Assembly: GCA_043228905.1 (NCBI GenBank) | Contig: JBHGNT010000020.1 | Coordinates: 13,578,001 to 13,642,000, forward strand | Origin: Azolla caroliniana | Taxonomy: Eukaryota; Plantae; Polypodiophyta | Length of the DNA: 64,000 bases | Direction: 5' to 3' | Shown here: in pieces, positions 33,156 through 48,078 of the stretch | Position numbering within the stretch: position 1 is the stretch's first letter | Layout: each line of letters starts with the position of its first letter | Made by a program: the position numbers and the translations under genes | The notes under the pieces: model-generated | Told to the model about the DNA's origin: nothing | Seen by the model: the letters and a program-made list of their open reading frames with translations, nothing else | Database searches by the model: none

Positions 33156-34673
33156 TCATCAGTAAACGCACGTAAATACTTCAAACATGAAAAAGAAGGG
33201 GAAAAAGAGAGTTAATTGTGGGTGGGTAAATGACAATTACAAGAAAATCATACAATTTGAAAAGTGAAACGACAATTTGTGTAATTAGAAATTAATTAGA
33301 ATAATAATCAATTAGGTGTATGAAACATTATGCATGCCTTAAGGTAAGAAACCCTAGGGTAGTCTACATGCACCTCCTCAAGACCACTACATTATTCTTC
33401 AAGAAAATAGATTGGATAGATGAACCTGTTCCACCCGACCACCCCCAAGTTATGATCTAGACATAGCCAACCTACCACCCACGGCCCATACCACCGGATA
33501 TAAGAATGACTAATACCTTGGAAGAGATAAACACGATCGTCGAGACGAAAGCCTAGCCCGCACCACCGGTGTCTAAGACAATAGCCTTCCAACGTAATGT
33601 CCTTATGAGGGTAGCTAAGCCTCATATTTATAACTATACTTCATTGGATTGGTTTTATCATACACTTCATTTGTACAAATTGCAAACTTATCAACAACCA
33701 ACACTAGAAGGAAAATAAATATTACAACTCCTACAAGACATTCCAACCCATGACAAATTTGTTCAAGACTTCCACAACCATCTCCATATGGCACTGCTTA
33801 GATGATCTAGGTTGATACAACTATAAAAACTTTGAATGTATAAATAAGACAAAAAAAATGTGTTGCTCGGCTAGTAAAATACCATGAGATCCTTTCTTTT
33901 CTTTTTTGCTATAACATGGGCATTGTCATGTGTGTTTCTTCACAAATTCATCCGTTTGACAAAATTATGATCATTTACAACCTTCGGACTTTTGTTTTAA
34001 CACCATTGTGTAGATAATTTCTTAACAGTTCCTAGTATATGTCTCAACCATCTTATTTCAGGTTATCATTTACATGTGATGGTCGGCATAGTCTTTACTG
34101 ATCTGCTCAACTGCAGAACCAGGCTCATTGAGGATCAAAACGCTGAAATTCAACAACTAACTTAAGTTTACCATTTTACCTTTTATTTTTCTTCTTTATT
34201 CTACCGTAAATCCGTGGAGGACTTGGCCGCAAAGGGTGCTTCCTAACTATCGCTTGTCCATGGATTTATTGGCTCCCCATGAACGATAATATATCAGCAT
34301 CATAATCTATCACTTTTCCAGCATATGATTAGATTTGGTGTAGATGTAAAAATGAAAGAAAGAAAATGAGTATGCCAATGTTGGAGAGAACATGTGAGGA
34401 AACAAAATTAAACCACCACTTGATAATAATAATGTTAAGAATATAGCTGAAAAGAAATCCTCTAAAAGTTACAACATTAATTCAAAACAAAATTCCAATT
34501 CAACGAAGAAGTTTGTCTCCAATTTTGGTATAGTTTGTTTCCGCTAAAGCAATCCTTGTACAGTGGGCAAGCCTTAGTATTTATATGCCTTTTTGAATAA
34601 GCGCATATGACCCACGCTTGCCATGCTTTATTAACGGACAACAAATGAAAATTTCTCGGTACATGTTGCATTA

Positions 34674-35796
34674 TCAATAGTCCTCGACAACACTCTCATC
34701 AATCAACTGTAGATAAAAGAAAAAGGAAGTAAAAATCTCATTAATCTTAGCTATATCTAGTATTAAAATTAGTCTCTACCAACAGTTGAATGTTGCCTAG
34801 TGGTTTGACCACTTTCCTTTTATGCAATAGGTCAGGAATTCCACCCCACCATTTTCCCCAAAATGTGCCATTAACAGAAGCAAAATCAAAATATTTACCA
34901 ATGATCCAAATCGTTCATATAGTTACATTACCTTAGCTATACCTAGCTATATCTGGTTAAAACATAGGCTTTACCAAGGGTAGGTTCGTTTGGCCTAGTG
35001 GTGTGACTACTTCACTTGCTTTTTAGGCAAAATAGGTAACGCATTTGCCTCCAAAACGCCCCATTCAGAGAAAAACAAAAAAATAAAAGATTTACCAGTG
35101 ATCCCAATCTTTCATATGCCTCCATCACTTTAGGATCTTCTTCATGTTCATATCCAATTTCTAGAATTCTAGGCCCATTCACTGACCATAAAGCTCTTCG
35201 TCCACCTTCCTAGAGAAAAAAAAAGGAGAAAAAAATATAATTCAAAATAAAATCCAAGCACTATACTACCTATATCTCCGGAAGTAGACAGACAGGTTTT
35301 GATTTCTCGAAAAGTAACTTTTGAATAATCAACATACATGAAGAGCAATCAAATAGAGTGCCTCTGCGGCTTCAATTCGGATATGTGGATCTGTTTCTGG
35401 TTCTCGCTCATGTGAGAGGGGATTTGCAAGCTCCAGTGGCATTTTTGCTGTGTCTTTACTACTGTATGCCTGTGGAACAACAAAACTAAGATTTATTTTT
35501 TTTAACTAAGGCAGGATGGGACAGTAAGGCATATATATCCTTAGTATATATGGATTCCTCACAATTAAAATTTCTAATTGAAGTATAAAACACATGTATG
35601 GATTCAAAGGGTTTTGCTTTGGTATGGTTCCTTCAAAAATAGAAGGAGATGATACTGAATGCTTAATTTTTGATAGTACACAAGCATGTCATCTGGCAAC
35701 ATGCATGTGTATCAAAGAGGGGGGAGAGTGTGATGGATAGGACCCATTTCCATTGTAGAAGGGGATCTTAGAAGTGGACCATTCATGATATTTTCC

Positions 35797-35849
<53 letters not shown>

Positions 35850-38800
35850 ATATTATCGATCTAGCACACCACTAGTATTCTTCAATGCCAAGGAAATTTG
35901 TTTCTTTGGCTAAATTTGTTGAGTTTGATTTTGGTGTAGGCTGACTTTCAGTAGAAGAGGACTTCTTAGGATTGTCTCTTTTCTTTTTCCAACAATCAAG
36001 TTGAATGTGACCTTTGTAGCCACAATAATGACAAGTGAGCTCCTTGTAGGGAATATAGGCTTGGTATCTGTTCCCATCTCACATGTGCAACACAACATCA
36101 TTCAACAGCTTAAAACTACATTTAAGGTCAAAGATGAAAAGCACATGCTTTAATGAGTACCAGGTCTACACAAATAAATTCTTAAGTTCAAAGATGAAAA
36201 GCACATGCTTTATTGAGTGCTAGGTCTACACAAATAAATTCTGATCCTCTTAAAAACTAAGAAAAATCTTACCATCTGATTACACAATAACTATACATAT
36301 GCCAATTTTCCACTATCACCAAGGATTGACAGATATAGATACTAAAGTGCTTATTGAAATACCTGTTTTCCAGCAAGGGGTAGCAGAAGGGCAGGCCAAA
36401 GATATTGTGAAGCCAGCAGCAAACTTGGTAGCATATTGTCTGCCTCAAAACAGCAATTTCGAACTGTACCAGCCACCTACAGTTTGGAACTTTTGATTAA
36501 ATACATAGATTTTATGATTAACAGTTAGTAATACCCATAGTGCAAAGGTTGAAATTCTTCTTGAGTCAATCCTCTACATAAATATTTGTCTCTCTTGCTA
36601 TGTCTCTATGTCTCTCTACATAAATAATTGTATGAACACTAACAGTCCACATGTATGTGTCAAGTATCAAGTAGCATAAACAAATGTTTGAAAGTATGAA
36701 AGTATTATGAGCGTATCTAAACATAAAAATGTGAAAGTAAGAATGAACGTATGAAAGCAAGTATGAATGTCTGAGAGTAAGTATGAAAGTAAGAAGTAAG
36801 AAAGAAAGACAGTAAAGAAGTAAGAAAAAAAGGTATGAAAGCATGTGTAATGCATGTATGTATGTCTGTAGTATAGACATGGGTTTTGATGCTTAATGTC
36901 AGCCTATTGATAGAGAATATACTTTTGATAATAATCTATTTTCATGCTTTAGTGAACTACTTGCTGGAATGTATGATTCATACTGGAAGAAAAGGTTGAG
37001 AAAATTTTGGAAGGTTCTTTCTAAGTTAGGGAACACTTATTTTCATTGTGATGGCTACACTGCAAGATCACTTCAACACTCACCAAAATTGTGGGAGGAC
37101 AGATGAAACAGTAACACATCTTGTATAGCGAGGCCGTGAATCTTTGATTTTATTACAATACGTATCTAACTGCGTACAAGTACTCTTTTCAGGTAAGACC
37201 ATCAACAATTATTTTTGGCTATTTGGTTGCATCACAGTCCACATTAGCCAGAATGCAAATTTTTTTGTGGGTTTGTTCTGGACATTCAGGTTGGGATAAC
37301 TTGTCCATGTTCTTTACATCTGGTTCAGGTTGTCCTAAAGGCAATTCCTCTATGATTGCTACTTAATGAAGCAAAAGAAGAGGGCACTTACATCCTCTCT
37401 TAATGTTTTTCGTAGATAATTCATTGCATAATCATTTGATGGATGATGTAGGAAAAGTGTTTGTTATCATACAGATAGGTCACTGAGTGTTAGTATTTGA
37501 AGTTAGAACCGACATCTTTTTTTTTTTCCAAAAAACCGACATCATTTTTTAGGACTTTTTACATATAAATGTGGATATACTTAGATCCTTCCTGTAGAGA
37601 TTCAAAATAAGATACACGCTTCTCAATAACTACAGAAATCAAAATGGACATTTGAAGAAATCATATATACCCCTTTTCGGCGCACCATGCTCGGGGAATC
37701 AGATTGTGGCAGAATCTGCTTGAGTAGTCCCTTTTTGGAATCTAACAAAAGCTTTCTTCCTGCTTCAATGCGAGAAATATTCACAAGAATAGCTGAAACA
37801 TGTTCATAATGGTCCGCCGATCCTATAAAGAATGCAAATTTTGGTTAAAAATTCATAGCTGTTCATGCACAATACAGAAATGCATAATCTTCAACTAGTC
37901 ATTAATTTGCACAAAACCAATCATATTCATTCTTGCTTCTTATACCTTCTTACGTATCATATCAAATTGAATTTGAGACATATGTGTGTTGTTCATCAAA
38001 CCATAACGTTAGCATCCTGACTTCACCTTAACTCAGATTTCTTATTCATATGAATAAAATGGCATATCATCATACTTTTTGTCTCATTACTAATCGCTTA
38101 CATTCAAATCAATTAAGCATATCGTAGAATATTATAACTTTGAAAGTTCTTGAACATTAATCTGATGGTGAAGACTCAACTCATGAAAGTGTGAAAAGAG
38201 ATTAACAATAGTTCAATTTTGCAGCTTCCAGAAGTCATCTCAACCACTAACCATTCCCTGTTGAGTTAGGATCACATCTGACTCTTCTGATTACATAATT
38301 AACCCAAAAAACATGTCTATGAATTGAGAAAACATGGAATGCATCTTGTATATATACTGAAGCATTGGCAAATAGTGCAAACCTTCCTCTGGTGACTTGG
38401 AAAAAAGTCTCACGAGTTTGCGTACATATAGGCCTTCCAATTGTTCAGTCTCCTAGTCCTTGCAGAAATCGAGAAAGTAAAAATGGAGATCAGATAGAAC
38501 AAAGCTCGCATAAAGTTGTTTCAATACAATCCACTTTGTATACCTGAAGCAATCGGCTTGCACCAGACTCTGATTGTGTAAGGTTAACAATCAACATCAC
38601 CAAAAGCCTATTTAAATTTGTGCCCAGCCTTCCGATGAACTCCATTGCCTTCTCAATCCCCCCAGCTCTAACAATTTTGTCTGCTAATTGTGGCTCTTGA
38701 GAGAGGTTAATAAGAGCTTCAATTGCTAGCTTTGATAATTCCTTTACAAATGTTCAATGCAAAATGATGAGCATAAATTTTAAAAGTTCTAGAGTTCAAC

Positions 38801-40208
38801 TATATGTCCTCATTGAGATTATTAGATACCTCTTCACATTTAAAAAGATCTAAAAGTGGACCACAAAGTAAATCTGCTTCACTTGAAAGTGTTTTTATCC
38901 CTTCCTCGGTGCCAGTTAAGCCTTGCACAATCTCAACTGCTGCTTTCTTCACCTAAAATCATTATTTTGATCATGATGGAAAGTTCAGCTCCAATTTCTC
39001 AAAAGTCCACATAAAAGCAAAGACAACCTTCCACTGAAATTTATGAAGATAAACTTTCACTGAAAACTAACACAGCATGATTTGATTCACAGTGTCAACT
39101 ATAACCTGAATCATTGTATGTAGATCAATGCAATTTTTAGACCTAACTTCCAGAAAATCCACTAAAATAGAAAAGCCAATCTTTCAAAGAGAATAATGAG
39201 GAAAACCTCTTCCAAAACCAACTAGCATGATTTGATTCAAAAGCAAATCAAAGTGTCCCAATAAACACATAATTGAGGTATGATTTGGTTCAAAGCAAAG
39301 AAAGGAATGATAGCAACGAATATAGTATTCCATAAAAATCAAAAGCAAACGATGTGCTTCAAAAGAAAAACAGCACATGATAATCACACATGCTTCAAGG
39401 TGCCTTTGATATATCTTCATTGCACCAGGTACCTTGGGTACGTCAGTTAAACACCACTATTCTTCAATACACATGTATATGTGAGTGAGTGTGTGAGTGT
39501 GTGTGTGTGTGTGAAATGGCAAGGACATGCAAAATATTCCAAGAGAATTCGACATTTTATTAACCATAGATCCTATAATCTAGCGCCATTTCGGATTTGC
39601 AAGCATTTAATCATCATTTTTCATATATTTGTACCATTATATACAAAGTGCATACTGCACCATAGGTTTGACACAACCAGTATGATAAGCAAATTTAATA
39701 GAAAGGTACATGTTTCTGTATGTATGTATTTATGCAAATACATAAACAGAAAAATTAACTCAGATTTGTACTATTCCATTAAAGCCCTAGGAGAGACACC
39801 ATTCTACGGATGAGACAGTTGAATATTTTTCTATGTTCCTGCAAACAAGGGAATTGTTGTATCCCAATTGAATCTTTAGCTTAGGAAAGAATAGATCAAT
39901 TTTCCATGGATGAAAAACAAAAACAAAATCCTTGTTTTCTGTACTCTTACTCTACACAATGGAAATTGGATTGGTAGTGTAGGTTTCTCATAAAAAGGAA
40001 TTAATTTCTGAAAAAATCACGGCTGAGAACCAAAACAAACAAAAAAAAACTTTTCTCTGTACTCTGTATCTGCACGATTGAAATTGGATAGGTAAAGCAG
40101 GATGTTTACGAAAGATAACTTATTCATTTCTGAAACAATAACCTGGTAAGAAGAAGACGGAGATGAAAGGAATCCGATCAGCTCATCCAGTTCTTCTGAG
40201 ATCGCCAT
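34674..40208 (-). CDS. HGH1: HGH1 homolog (FAM203; ARM-like eEF2 chaperone), 9 exons, 333 aa
   Basis: Exons 40208-40143, 38952-38830, 38741-38544, 38452-38383, 37822-37671, 36476-36363, 35469-35338, 35209-35096, 34706-34674, all GT-AG and in frame. Motifs ELDELIGFLSSP, VKKAAVEIVQGLTG, RRKGVAGTVRNCCFE, LWPALLLPLAG, WSVNGPRIL. Confidence 0.92.
34745..35120. repeat. Degenerate ~195-bp tandem duplication covering the end of HGH1 exon 8 and its donor site
   Basis: tttaccaatgatccaaatcgttcatat (~34894-34920) vs tttaccagtgatcccaatctttcatat (35091-35117); upstream segments also align. Confidence 0.65.
35799..35842. repeat. (CT)n microsatellite
   Basis: Direct reading. Confidence 0.95.
36122..36241. 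repeat. 60-bp tandem duplication in an HGH1 intron
   Basis: Two near-identical ttaag.tcaaagatgaaaagcacatgc..caaataaattc units. Confidence 0.9.
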
Positions 40209-41207
40209 AGCGCTCCGCTAAAACCTGAGAAACCTGAGGGGAGGCAAACAAGCCCTACAGTGTGTTTTTCATATGGTATAGAAATTGCTCAAATTGCCCC
40301 TCTGTTTTTCATTATTCTCCAAAATGCCCCTTCTTCATACATCATTGGGTAGAGGAGAACATCTACCTATTCTACACTAACCTCTAGATAGAAATGGTAG
40401 AGGTGGGTGACAAGAAGCGAGAGCTCAAATAGGTCCCAGTAATAGGGTAGTGGTGTTGTGTTCCTTTAGTCACAATGTAAACCATCACAAAAATGCACAT
40501 TGTCCATGGTCTTTAGAAAAGGAACACATATCAAACAAAGAGGGTTAATTGCACACATTACACATCGTTGTCACACTCAAATTCTTGTGGTAGTGCTCAA
40601 GTTTAATAAAGATGAGTTAAGGCTAAGGCAAGCTTGAGCTAATCAAAGTTTGAGGAAGAGAATATAAATAGAGGACATCCCCATTCAGTATCTCTTAACC
40701 CATGATTGGAAACAACTTGAGCACTTGAGTTTAGGTGAGTGGGATTGTTCGTCCATGCCTTGTATTGGAGAAGCAAGATTCTTGAAAATACAAGCACTTG
40801 GATAAAAATAATACACAATTGAGTGAAATGATTGCTAATTATTTTACAAGATGTCTTTTGAATAGTTTATGTGATTCTCAAAATCAAGAGAATCAGATGT
40901 AAGTCCAAACCATGTGATGGTATTAGGATCCATACCAAAAAACTTGGAGAAATTTCCGAGTTGAACCCTCTTCTCAAAAAAGGTTTTTAAGAATGTGAAG
41001 AACACACACAAAATTCTCAATTTAATGGGCTAATCTACAAAAGAACATCACATGATGGTGAATTCAAATTTTAAGAGGATTGATGTGTATACCGTAAATA
41101 GATTATATGAATAGACTATAGGACCATATTAATCAATTCATTGATGCTAGAGGATCCAAGCTAAAATGTTATTGTGAAGTAGATATCAGAGAATGTTATT
41201 TCGAGGG

Positions 41208-42061
41208 AACAAACTCTTGGTTGAATGCTTATATGGAAATGGTTATGGGCCATGCAAATCCCAAGAAAAGTTGTGTTATTTAGATGGTTGTTGACACATT
41301 ATGGCATTCTTGTGAAGTCATGGATGCGGGGGCATTGCCATGATTATAAAATGTGATAGTTGTGGTTCTCCCATTGAATCAGTTTACCATGTTTTATGGA
41401 TATGGCCTATTGCTAGAGCAGTTTGGAAAAGAATGTTTAGAATCTTGTATCCTATTTATGGTAAGCAGGTGTACACATGGGTTTTTGTTAGATGGGGAAG
41501 ATTGGCTAAAGAAATTCAGAACTATGGAAAGGAGTATGTTGATTTTCGTCTTCTCTCTTATGGAAGACATGTGTTGGAGGTCTCTTATACTACAACAATC
41601 CGTTGTTTGGAAGAGGACAAGGTTTGGTCTACAATATCTTCTTTAGTAGGTTGGGTATTGTGGAAGGCTAGATGTAAATGTGTCTTTCAGAAAGTTAAAC
41701 AGAATGCGCTTGAGTTAGTCAAGGAGGTATGGTTAATGCTCTTAAATACTCTAAGAGGTCAGTATGAAACAATAACTAGTGAGCCTAAAGTTGTGATTCG
41801 TAAACAACAACAGTTTCGAGAATTTTGGAAAAAGGCAGAGGTCTTCACCTCTTTTGGAGAGAGAATAAAGTGGAGATATACTCCACCAAGATGCCTTTTT
41901 CCGCCCCCCGTCTTGGAACAACCCTACATGAGGGATTTTGATACTTGACATGCTAGTGCTGGTTAATGTGGATATGAGGGTTATAATATATTGTATGAAT
42001 TTGTTGTAGCCTTTTGGCATCTTTCCATTAATACCAAGGTGAATCTTCTTCTTTTTTTAAA
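41208..42061 (+). mobile_element. 5'-truncated L1-like LINE (ORF2 C-terminal zinc-finger region)
   Basis: ORF 41340-41948: CDSCGSPIESVYHVLW..W and WVLWKARCKCVF. 18-bp TSD agaatgttatttcgaggg at 41190-41207 and 42062-42079. Confidence 0.88.
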
Positions 42062-44699
42062 AGAATGTTATTTCGAGGGTGATTATTAGCCCAAGAAAGA
42101 GTTTTAACATCCATACCATAAACAACATAATGGAGATGGATATGAAAATAATTGATGTCAAGGTCACAGAGTGGACGACAACATGTCAAAGATGTTTGTT
42201 TATCATTATCTCATCAAAATTTCAAATAATATTATCTCGTGAGGAGGACATTGCATTAATGAAATATATTTGTGTCTTTAAAAAAATGGACATAATGAAG
42301 AAGGAAAAATCAACATGTAGTTGTTGTTTGACTACCGGAGCATAGAGTTTGCAAGTATAAAAAGGTGTGCGGTTGACATTGTTGCAAGTATAAAATTTTT
42401 GTGACTCTCATGTTTTCATATGATCTCATAAGTCAATTGTTCTTAATGCTAAACTGTACAACATATTTATTCCTTTGATGTATGGTGCCTATCATATGGA
42501 CGGTTATAACACAATGTTGGGGCCATAAAGTCAAGAACGAGTTAGGCAACATATTGGAGAGGGTCAATCATAGGTGATGAAGTTGGTTGACATAAAAGTA
42601 AGAAATATGTGTGACCTGAAATGGTGATGAGGTAGATGGTAATGGAAAGAGAAAGCCATAGATCAACCAATAGGTAGACAAAAACAAACATTTCAAAGAA
42701 ATTTAAATTGTATATAAACCAAAATTTACACAAGCATGATATTGAAAACACTTTTGGATCACATCGCTGATCCATATTGAAAATTTAAACAAGGCGAAAA
42801 GTTTGTAGAGAATGTATTTTAAACTAATTGATGACAAAAGGTTAGAAATAAGATTGAGATTTAGTAGTAAAGGATTAGTAGGAGACATGAGATAAAGAGA
42901 AACTAATAAATAACAAAAGTCATTACATGGATGAGGTGGATGAAATACTAATAAATGGCATAATCATTACAGGAGGCATCACTTAATGCTCAGGGATGAC
43001 CTACCTTTACTACAAAGATCGTTAGTTGACCATGTTAGTTAGAAACATTCATTTATAAATGTCCAAAGGTCATTTGCTTACTTTCTTATTATGATAATGC
43101 TTATCATAACCCCTTAAAAATCATACACCTAACGCAACAACGTGGAACAACCTATCTTTGTGGTTCAAGATGAGGTGTTATTCTAGCAAATTGAAGTACG
43201 AAAGATTGGAAATCTTTTAGAGCTCCTCTTTTTCTTTTTCTTTTTCTTTCTTTGAGATTTTCAACATTTTTCTATGAAAGGGGAACAAAAGTTTGTGATA
43301 ATGTACCTGCAAAGAAAACTTTTGCAACAGTTTCAACATAAAATTCATTACATCAGTTTCAAAGAATATATCAATTAACATTACATTACATTAGCATCAA
43401 TTGCAAAAAGTAAATTGACACTATCATAACATTCTCAAAATGCAGATTTGCATTGCATTGGAATCAGTTCGCAAAAAATGGTTTGAGTGCAAAGATTTAT
43501 AAACAAGATACTTTCCCTCATTGAATACACTTTATTTCTTGCAAATATAGATAATCATCCTTGTTGGACAATGCTTGAGTGTCCAAAAGTTTGGAAGAAT
43601 CCTATTGCTACGGATCATTTAGTTCAATTCCAAGAGCTTCAAACCGAGCATTCTCACCATTTGCATGGTGATCAAAGCTACCCACAAGTTTGAGCATATC
43701 ATAATTGTTATGGTTCCTCTCCGAACAAACCAATTTTTGTGTGATTATTATGGTGTAATGTGGGTTATACTAGATGAGATAAGTTAGATTATGAACACCT
43801 TCATCCATTTGTAATCCATAACATTGACATTCTACCTTCTTGTGGTTTCAATTGCAAAAGTTATATATCTATGGTAGAGGATGATTGAAGATAGTTGAGC
43901 AAAATTGAAACAATAAGAACACAAAACAAGGTACACATTCATTTAAAGATTGTGATACATATTAGAGAATTTGGAAATTCTCCTTGCATTAGCATATAAT
44001 AATCAAGCAATAATAAAAAAGTGTGAAGATCACTATGAAATATATCTAAAACTTCTTAACATGATTTGTGTTCACTTCATTGGATTTAAAATATGTATTA
44101 GATGGAGACGTTCATAATGCTCGAGCACACACACACACACACCCAATATATGTATATTATGAAAGTATGTGTAGGGATGAGGAAGTTTTGAGCAAAGGAT
44201 GTGGCACACTAAACCCTACACATTACTTAAACACCAAGTGATTGTATTAGGAGATTATCTACATTGTTAATCAAACCATATTATATTCACAATTAAATAA
44301 ACATTAATACTTGAAAAGAAGCAAGAAATTAAACTCTTAAGCTTAGTATTGTTCTAAAATTGCATATGGATATTAAACTCTTCCAAAATTTGTTAACATG
44401 GTTGAGCAAATAATGATATTTAACTCTTCCAAAATTCATGATTATGTCAAAGTTCAACCCAATGCTTGATGTAAATTTGTAGTACTTGTTCTACTTGTTT
44501 ATAATAAAAATCCCTTATCTTATTCTTCTTTTTATATTTATTGTTGTTTTTGGCTTCAATCCTAGATAGCCCTAAGCATCCATTTTTCTTGCTTTGCCTT
44601 TGTTTTAACTTCATAATCCTAAGATTGACTAGAGAAAGCGAGCAATCAAAGAACCTCAAAAAAGTCTAGAAATCTATAAGTCTCAGAGAAAGAGCACAA

Positions 44700-46500
44700 C
44701 AATATTTCTTGCCTAGATAATGTCATATTTGAGATCCCGTCGATAAATGTCTCTTGCATTAGTGGCATAAAGAAGGGAGAAAAGAAGAAATCATTGTATT
44801 TGTGGGGTTAACAACTCCATCATCCATCCAAGGTAACCACAAGATCCAACTACATACCAAGTATCAAGAGGTCACAAATGTCTTTGATAAGGTGAAGGCC
44901 AATATGCTCCCTAGCATGGATTGTTAGGCAAATTATTTGTGTTTAGATTGTGGATATCCAAGCATATAATGATGAATTTCCTACATGAATCGAAAAGACA
45001 AGTAAACTAAGTTTGTTCTAGCAATAAATGTGACTGCACTTCTCAAGTTAGATCCAACAACCATAGTAGTTTCACTTATAATGCTTGGTCTAATAGCTTT
45101 GAAGCTTTGAGGCAACTAGATCATATGTTAAGTGAATAAGAATTTGAGCCATTTTCTTGGACAACCTAGAACATCTGAACTCTGGAGTTTGTTTCCAATA
45201 TTGGTTCCATGTCATTGGGTGAAGTTAGCAGAGTTTTTCCACACACGTTGAACTCATTACATTTATGTTTGATCTAGTCCCTCCTTTTGCTCTCTTAGAC
45301 TAAGGTGGCAAACTTGTTTCATGGGTCAAGAAATTACCATATTACAAAAAATCCATCGAACATCTGTAGTAGTGATCAATGAGAGCTTATTAGTTTGAGT
45401 ATTTGTTGAGTGAAGACATAGGTCAAGAATTAGAGTGAGTTAGAGTGATTTTTTATTTTTTAGCATGTGAATTCCTTCAATGTTATCATTACAAGGATGG
45501 TAACCCACATGATACACCATGCCTACTTGTAGAACACATGCTATTCCTATTAAGACTACATTTGCAAGGATGCCTACTTCATCACAACTATCCTCTAGAA
45601 GCCGACTACTCGTGCCACACCAACTTGCGCAATGAACTCTCCCCACACCATAACTTTACTCACAATGATGCATCCATGCATTGTGCCTCTTTGCACGACT
45701 ACCTATATCACAGATCCTCACATAATGACTGCTCGTACCATGTCTCCTTGCATATTGACTACCGATATTGTGCCTCCTTTTATGATGACTACCCACACCA
45801 AGCCTACTTAATAATGCAATAGCTCCCATCCACACCAAGTTGTTGACCCCTATTAAAGTGGCACCAACATCTTTAGGGACAAATACACCAATGAAGAAAT
45901 AACAACCACCACAACCATTTCCATGTCCCTACAACTATCGGTACTGTCCAAAGGGGTGCACATGTTGCTCTTTCTTGAGACACATCCTAAAGGTGCCTAC
46001 AACACCAACCTCAATCTAAGACACTCCCCCAACATCCCTCTCTAAATATATGAAATCGCCTCAATCAATTGTCATCCATTGGAAACCTGTTGTGCATTTC
46101 CCCTCTTGAGATCGCCATCCTTGATCCACCAACACCTCATCTCTTGGCCATGGATTTGCCTTCGTTGTAGATGACAAGTGGTTCATAGATCTTCCACCAC
46201 AATCTTAGATCCTCCATTGCTGCCATTGTAGATTGCAAATCTATTGATGTCACTAGAGCATCAAACCTACAAATACCTCATCAATTTAGAACTAGGAAAA
46301 ACTTTGAGAACAATGGGCCAAAATGAGTCATCATGGTGGCCAATTTTAGTCTCTTAGCGTCAAAGATTGAGGTTCTTTTGGGATATCTCGATAAGAATTT
46401 CACAAGAGGACTTAACTAAAATCTAGGTTCCATGATGGCACAAAACCCATCTTCTTCATTAAGAAGAAAGATGGTTCTCCTCACCAAGTCTTTGTTTAAG
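44700..46500 (+). mobile_element. Highly degraded Tcn1-like Gypsy fragments
   Basis: KYQEVTNVFDKVKANMLP (~44868), gag knuckle remnant resembling A (~44935-45120), repetitive linker (~45650-45870), PIFFIKKKDGS (~46446). Confidence 0.6.
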
Positions 46501-47016
46501 AATGACCTAGTTTATTTAAAGAATGATCGGGTTCTTAAATGACAAGAATTCTAATGCATTTCAATTTTGTGATGCAACAAGGCAAAGCAAGTGTGCTAAC
46601 TTGACACTCCAATCTAGCATCTCCACCAAGAGAACTTGCTTTTGAAAGTCAAAACAAACTCTCTTGGGTTTGAATCCACCGACAACTAATGATGGCTCAT
46701 GTCTTCAATGCACCCACATGATTGAGTCATCTTGACTCTATCTATACAAACATTTCTTCAAATGTTTTCGCTCAAGATGATGGATATGAGTTTTATTCCA
46801 AATCATGCATCTCATTCAAATTCTAAGAACTCTTGTAAGGATTATGACCACTCCAATGATGATGGCTCATGTCTTCAATACACCCACAAATTTGAGTCTT
46901 ATTGACTCTATCTATACAAACATTTGTACAAATTGTTTACCTTAATGTTGTGGTAACTCTAGAAGCAAGGGTGATGATGAAGACGGGTGGTGCTTCCAGT
47001 TGGAAGGGATTCAAAC

Positions 47017-47435
47017 TGTCACGAACACACCAACCGCGGACTAAGAAGAAACATGGATGATGAGACTGTGAGTGACGAGGCTATGACCGATATGAAATAA
47101 AGAACATGAGAGCATGAAGACAAAGATGAAGAAGGAGACAATATGGCCTAAAATGAGAATACTAGATTGATGTGTCAATGACTGGTGTTGAATCCCTTGA
47201 AAGGGACCAAGGAGGTTACAAGTATTTATACAAGTTCCGAGATTGAATATCTCTAGCATATACCAGTCTAGAATATTTTGACTCTAAAATGTACTACATG
47301 CTAGACTATACAATACTAAACTATTATATACAAATGCATGCTCATATCAAAATGGTTCAACATGATATCTTGTTGATGTGAGGTTGTCGGTTCAATCCTC
47401 ACCAACTATGTATTCTATGTCATTGTGTCGTGACA
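47017..47435 (-). mobile_element. Orphan 5' LTR of another Tcn1-like family with self-priming PBS
   Basis: Perfect 8-bp terminal IR tgtcacga..tcgtgaca. TATA at 47230. PBS TTGAATCCCTT (47014-47004) complements AAGGGATTCAA (47198-47188). No TSD, as expected for a 5' LTR. Confidence 0.8.
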
Positions 47436-48047
47436 AATGTGACCGAGATCAATTTTATTCTAGATCATGCTTCTCATTCAAGACCTAAGAACTCTTATAG
47501 GGATTATTACCACTCCAATTGACAATATGGCTTGCTCTTGTAAGTGAATCTTTTGTATGTTGTGAATCACACTTCTCATCCCCCAACACTTGTGGTAGTG
47601 TCATCAAGAGTCCACCTTTAAGATTAACTATAAAATGATGTGGATTGGCAATCAATAATTGTTCTTCTTTACACTTCAATTGGAAAATTGCCCTTAGCAC
47701 TTCATATTGTTTTTTATTGCCCATTTAACATTTACATTTCTCAAATTTGGCAAGTTTTTCTACATTGCTACCTTACGCCCAAATAGTGTTTATTGGCACA
47801 ATTTACATAACCTAACCAAGAATCAAAGATAAAGGTCATTTTTTGTCTTTTTGAGGTATTGGGGATTATATAGTGTTTGGAATACTCACGATGTTACCAT
47901 GTTTAATGACGGTTAATAAAGGAGTATTGATGTGACATTTCTTGCATTTTAGCACCTCAACATGTCCCACAACCCATGTAACAATGGCACTAAATTAGTT
48001 ATCATAACATTGTAGTGTTTTTACACTCAATGAATAAAATTACATGT

Positions 48048-48078
<31 letters not shown>

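Noticed and set aside
33156-33700. Possible PPT/3' LTR (ttgaggaggtgca|tgtagac, minus) of a further retroelement
   Set aside because: No partner LTR, TSD or clear protein motif.
34060-34170. Alternative last exon of HGH1
   Set aside because: 34706-34674 has a better acceptor and gives a homolog-like ending (LIDESVVEDY*).
43480-43900. Eroded coding-like sequence (also ~48870-49470 and ~51950-52250)
   Set aside because: No family motif recognised; needs BLASTX.
47341-47404. Possible tRNA gene ending in CCA
   Set aside because: No convincing cloverleaf and it lies inside an LTR; treated as a tRNA-like module instead.
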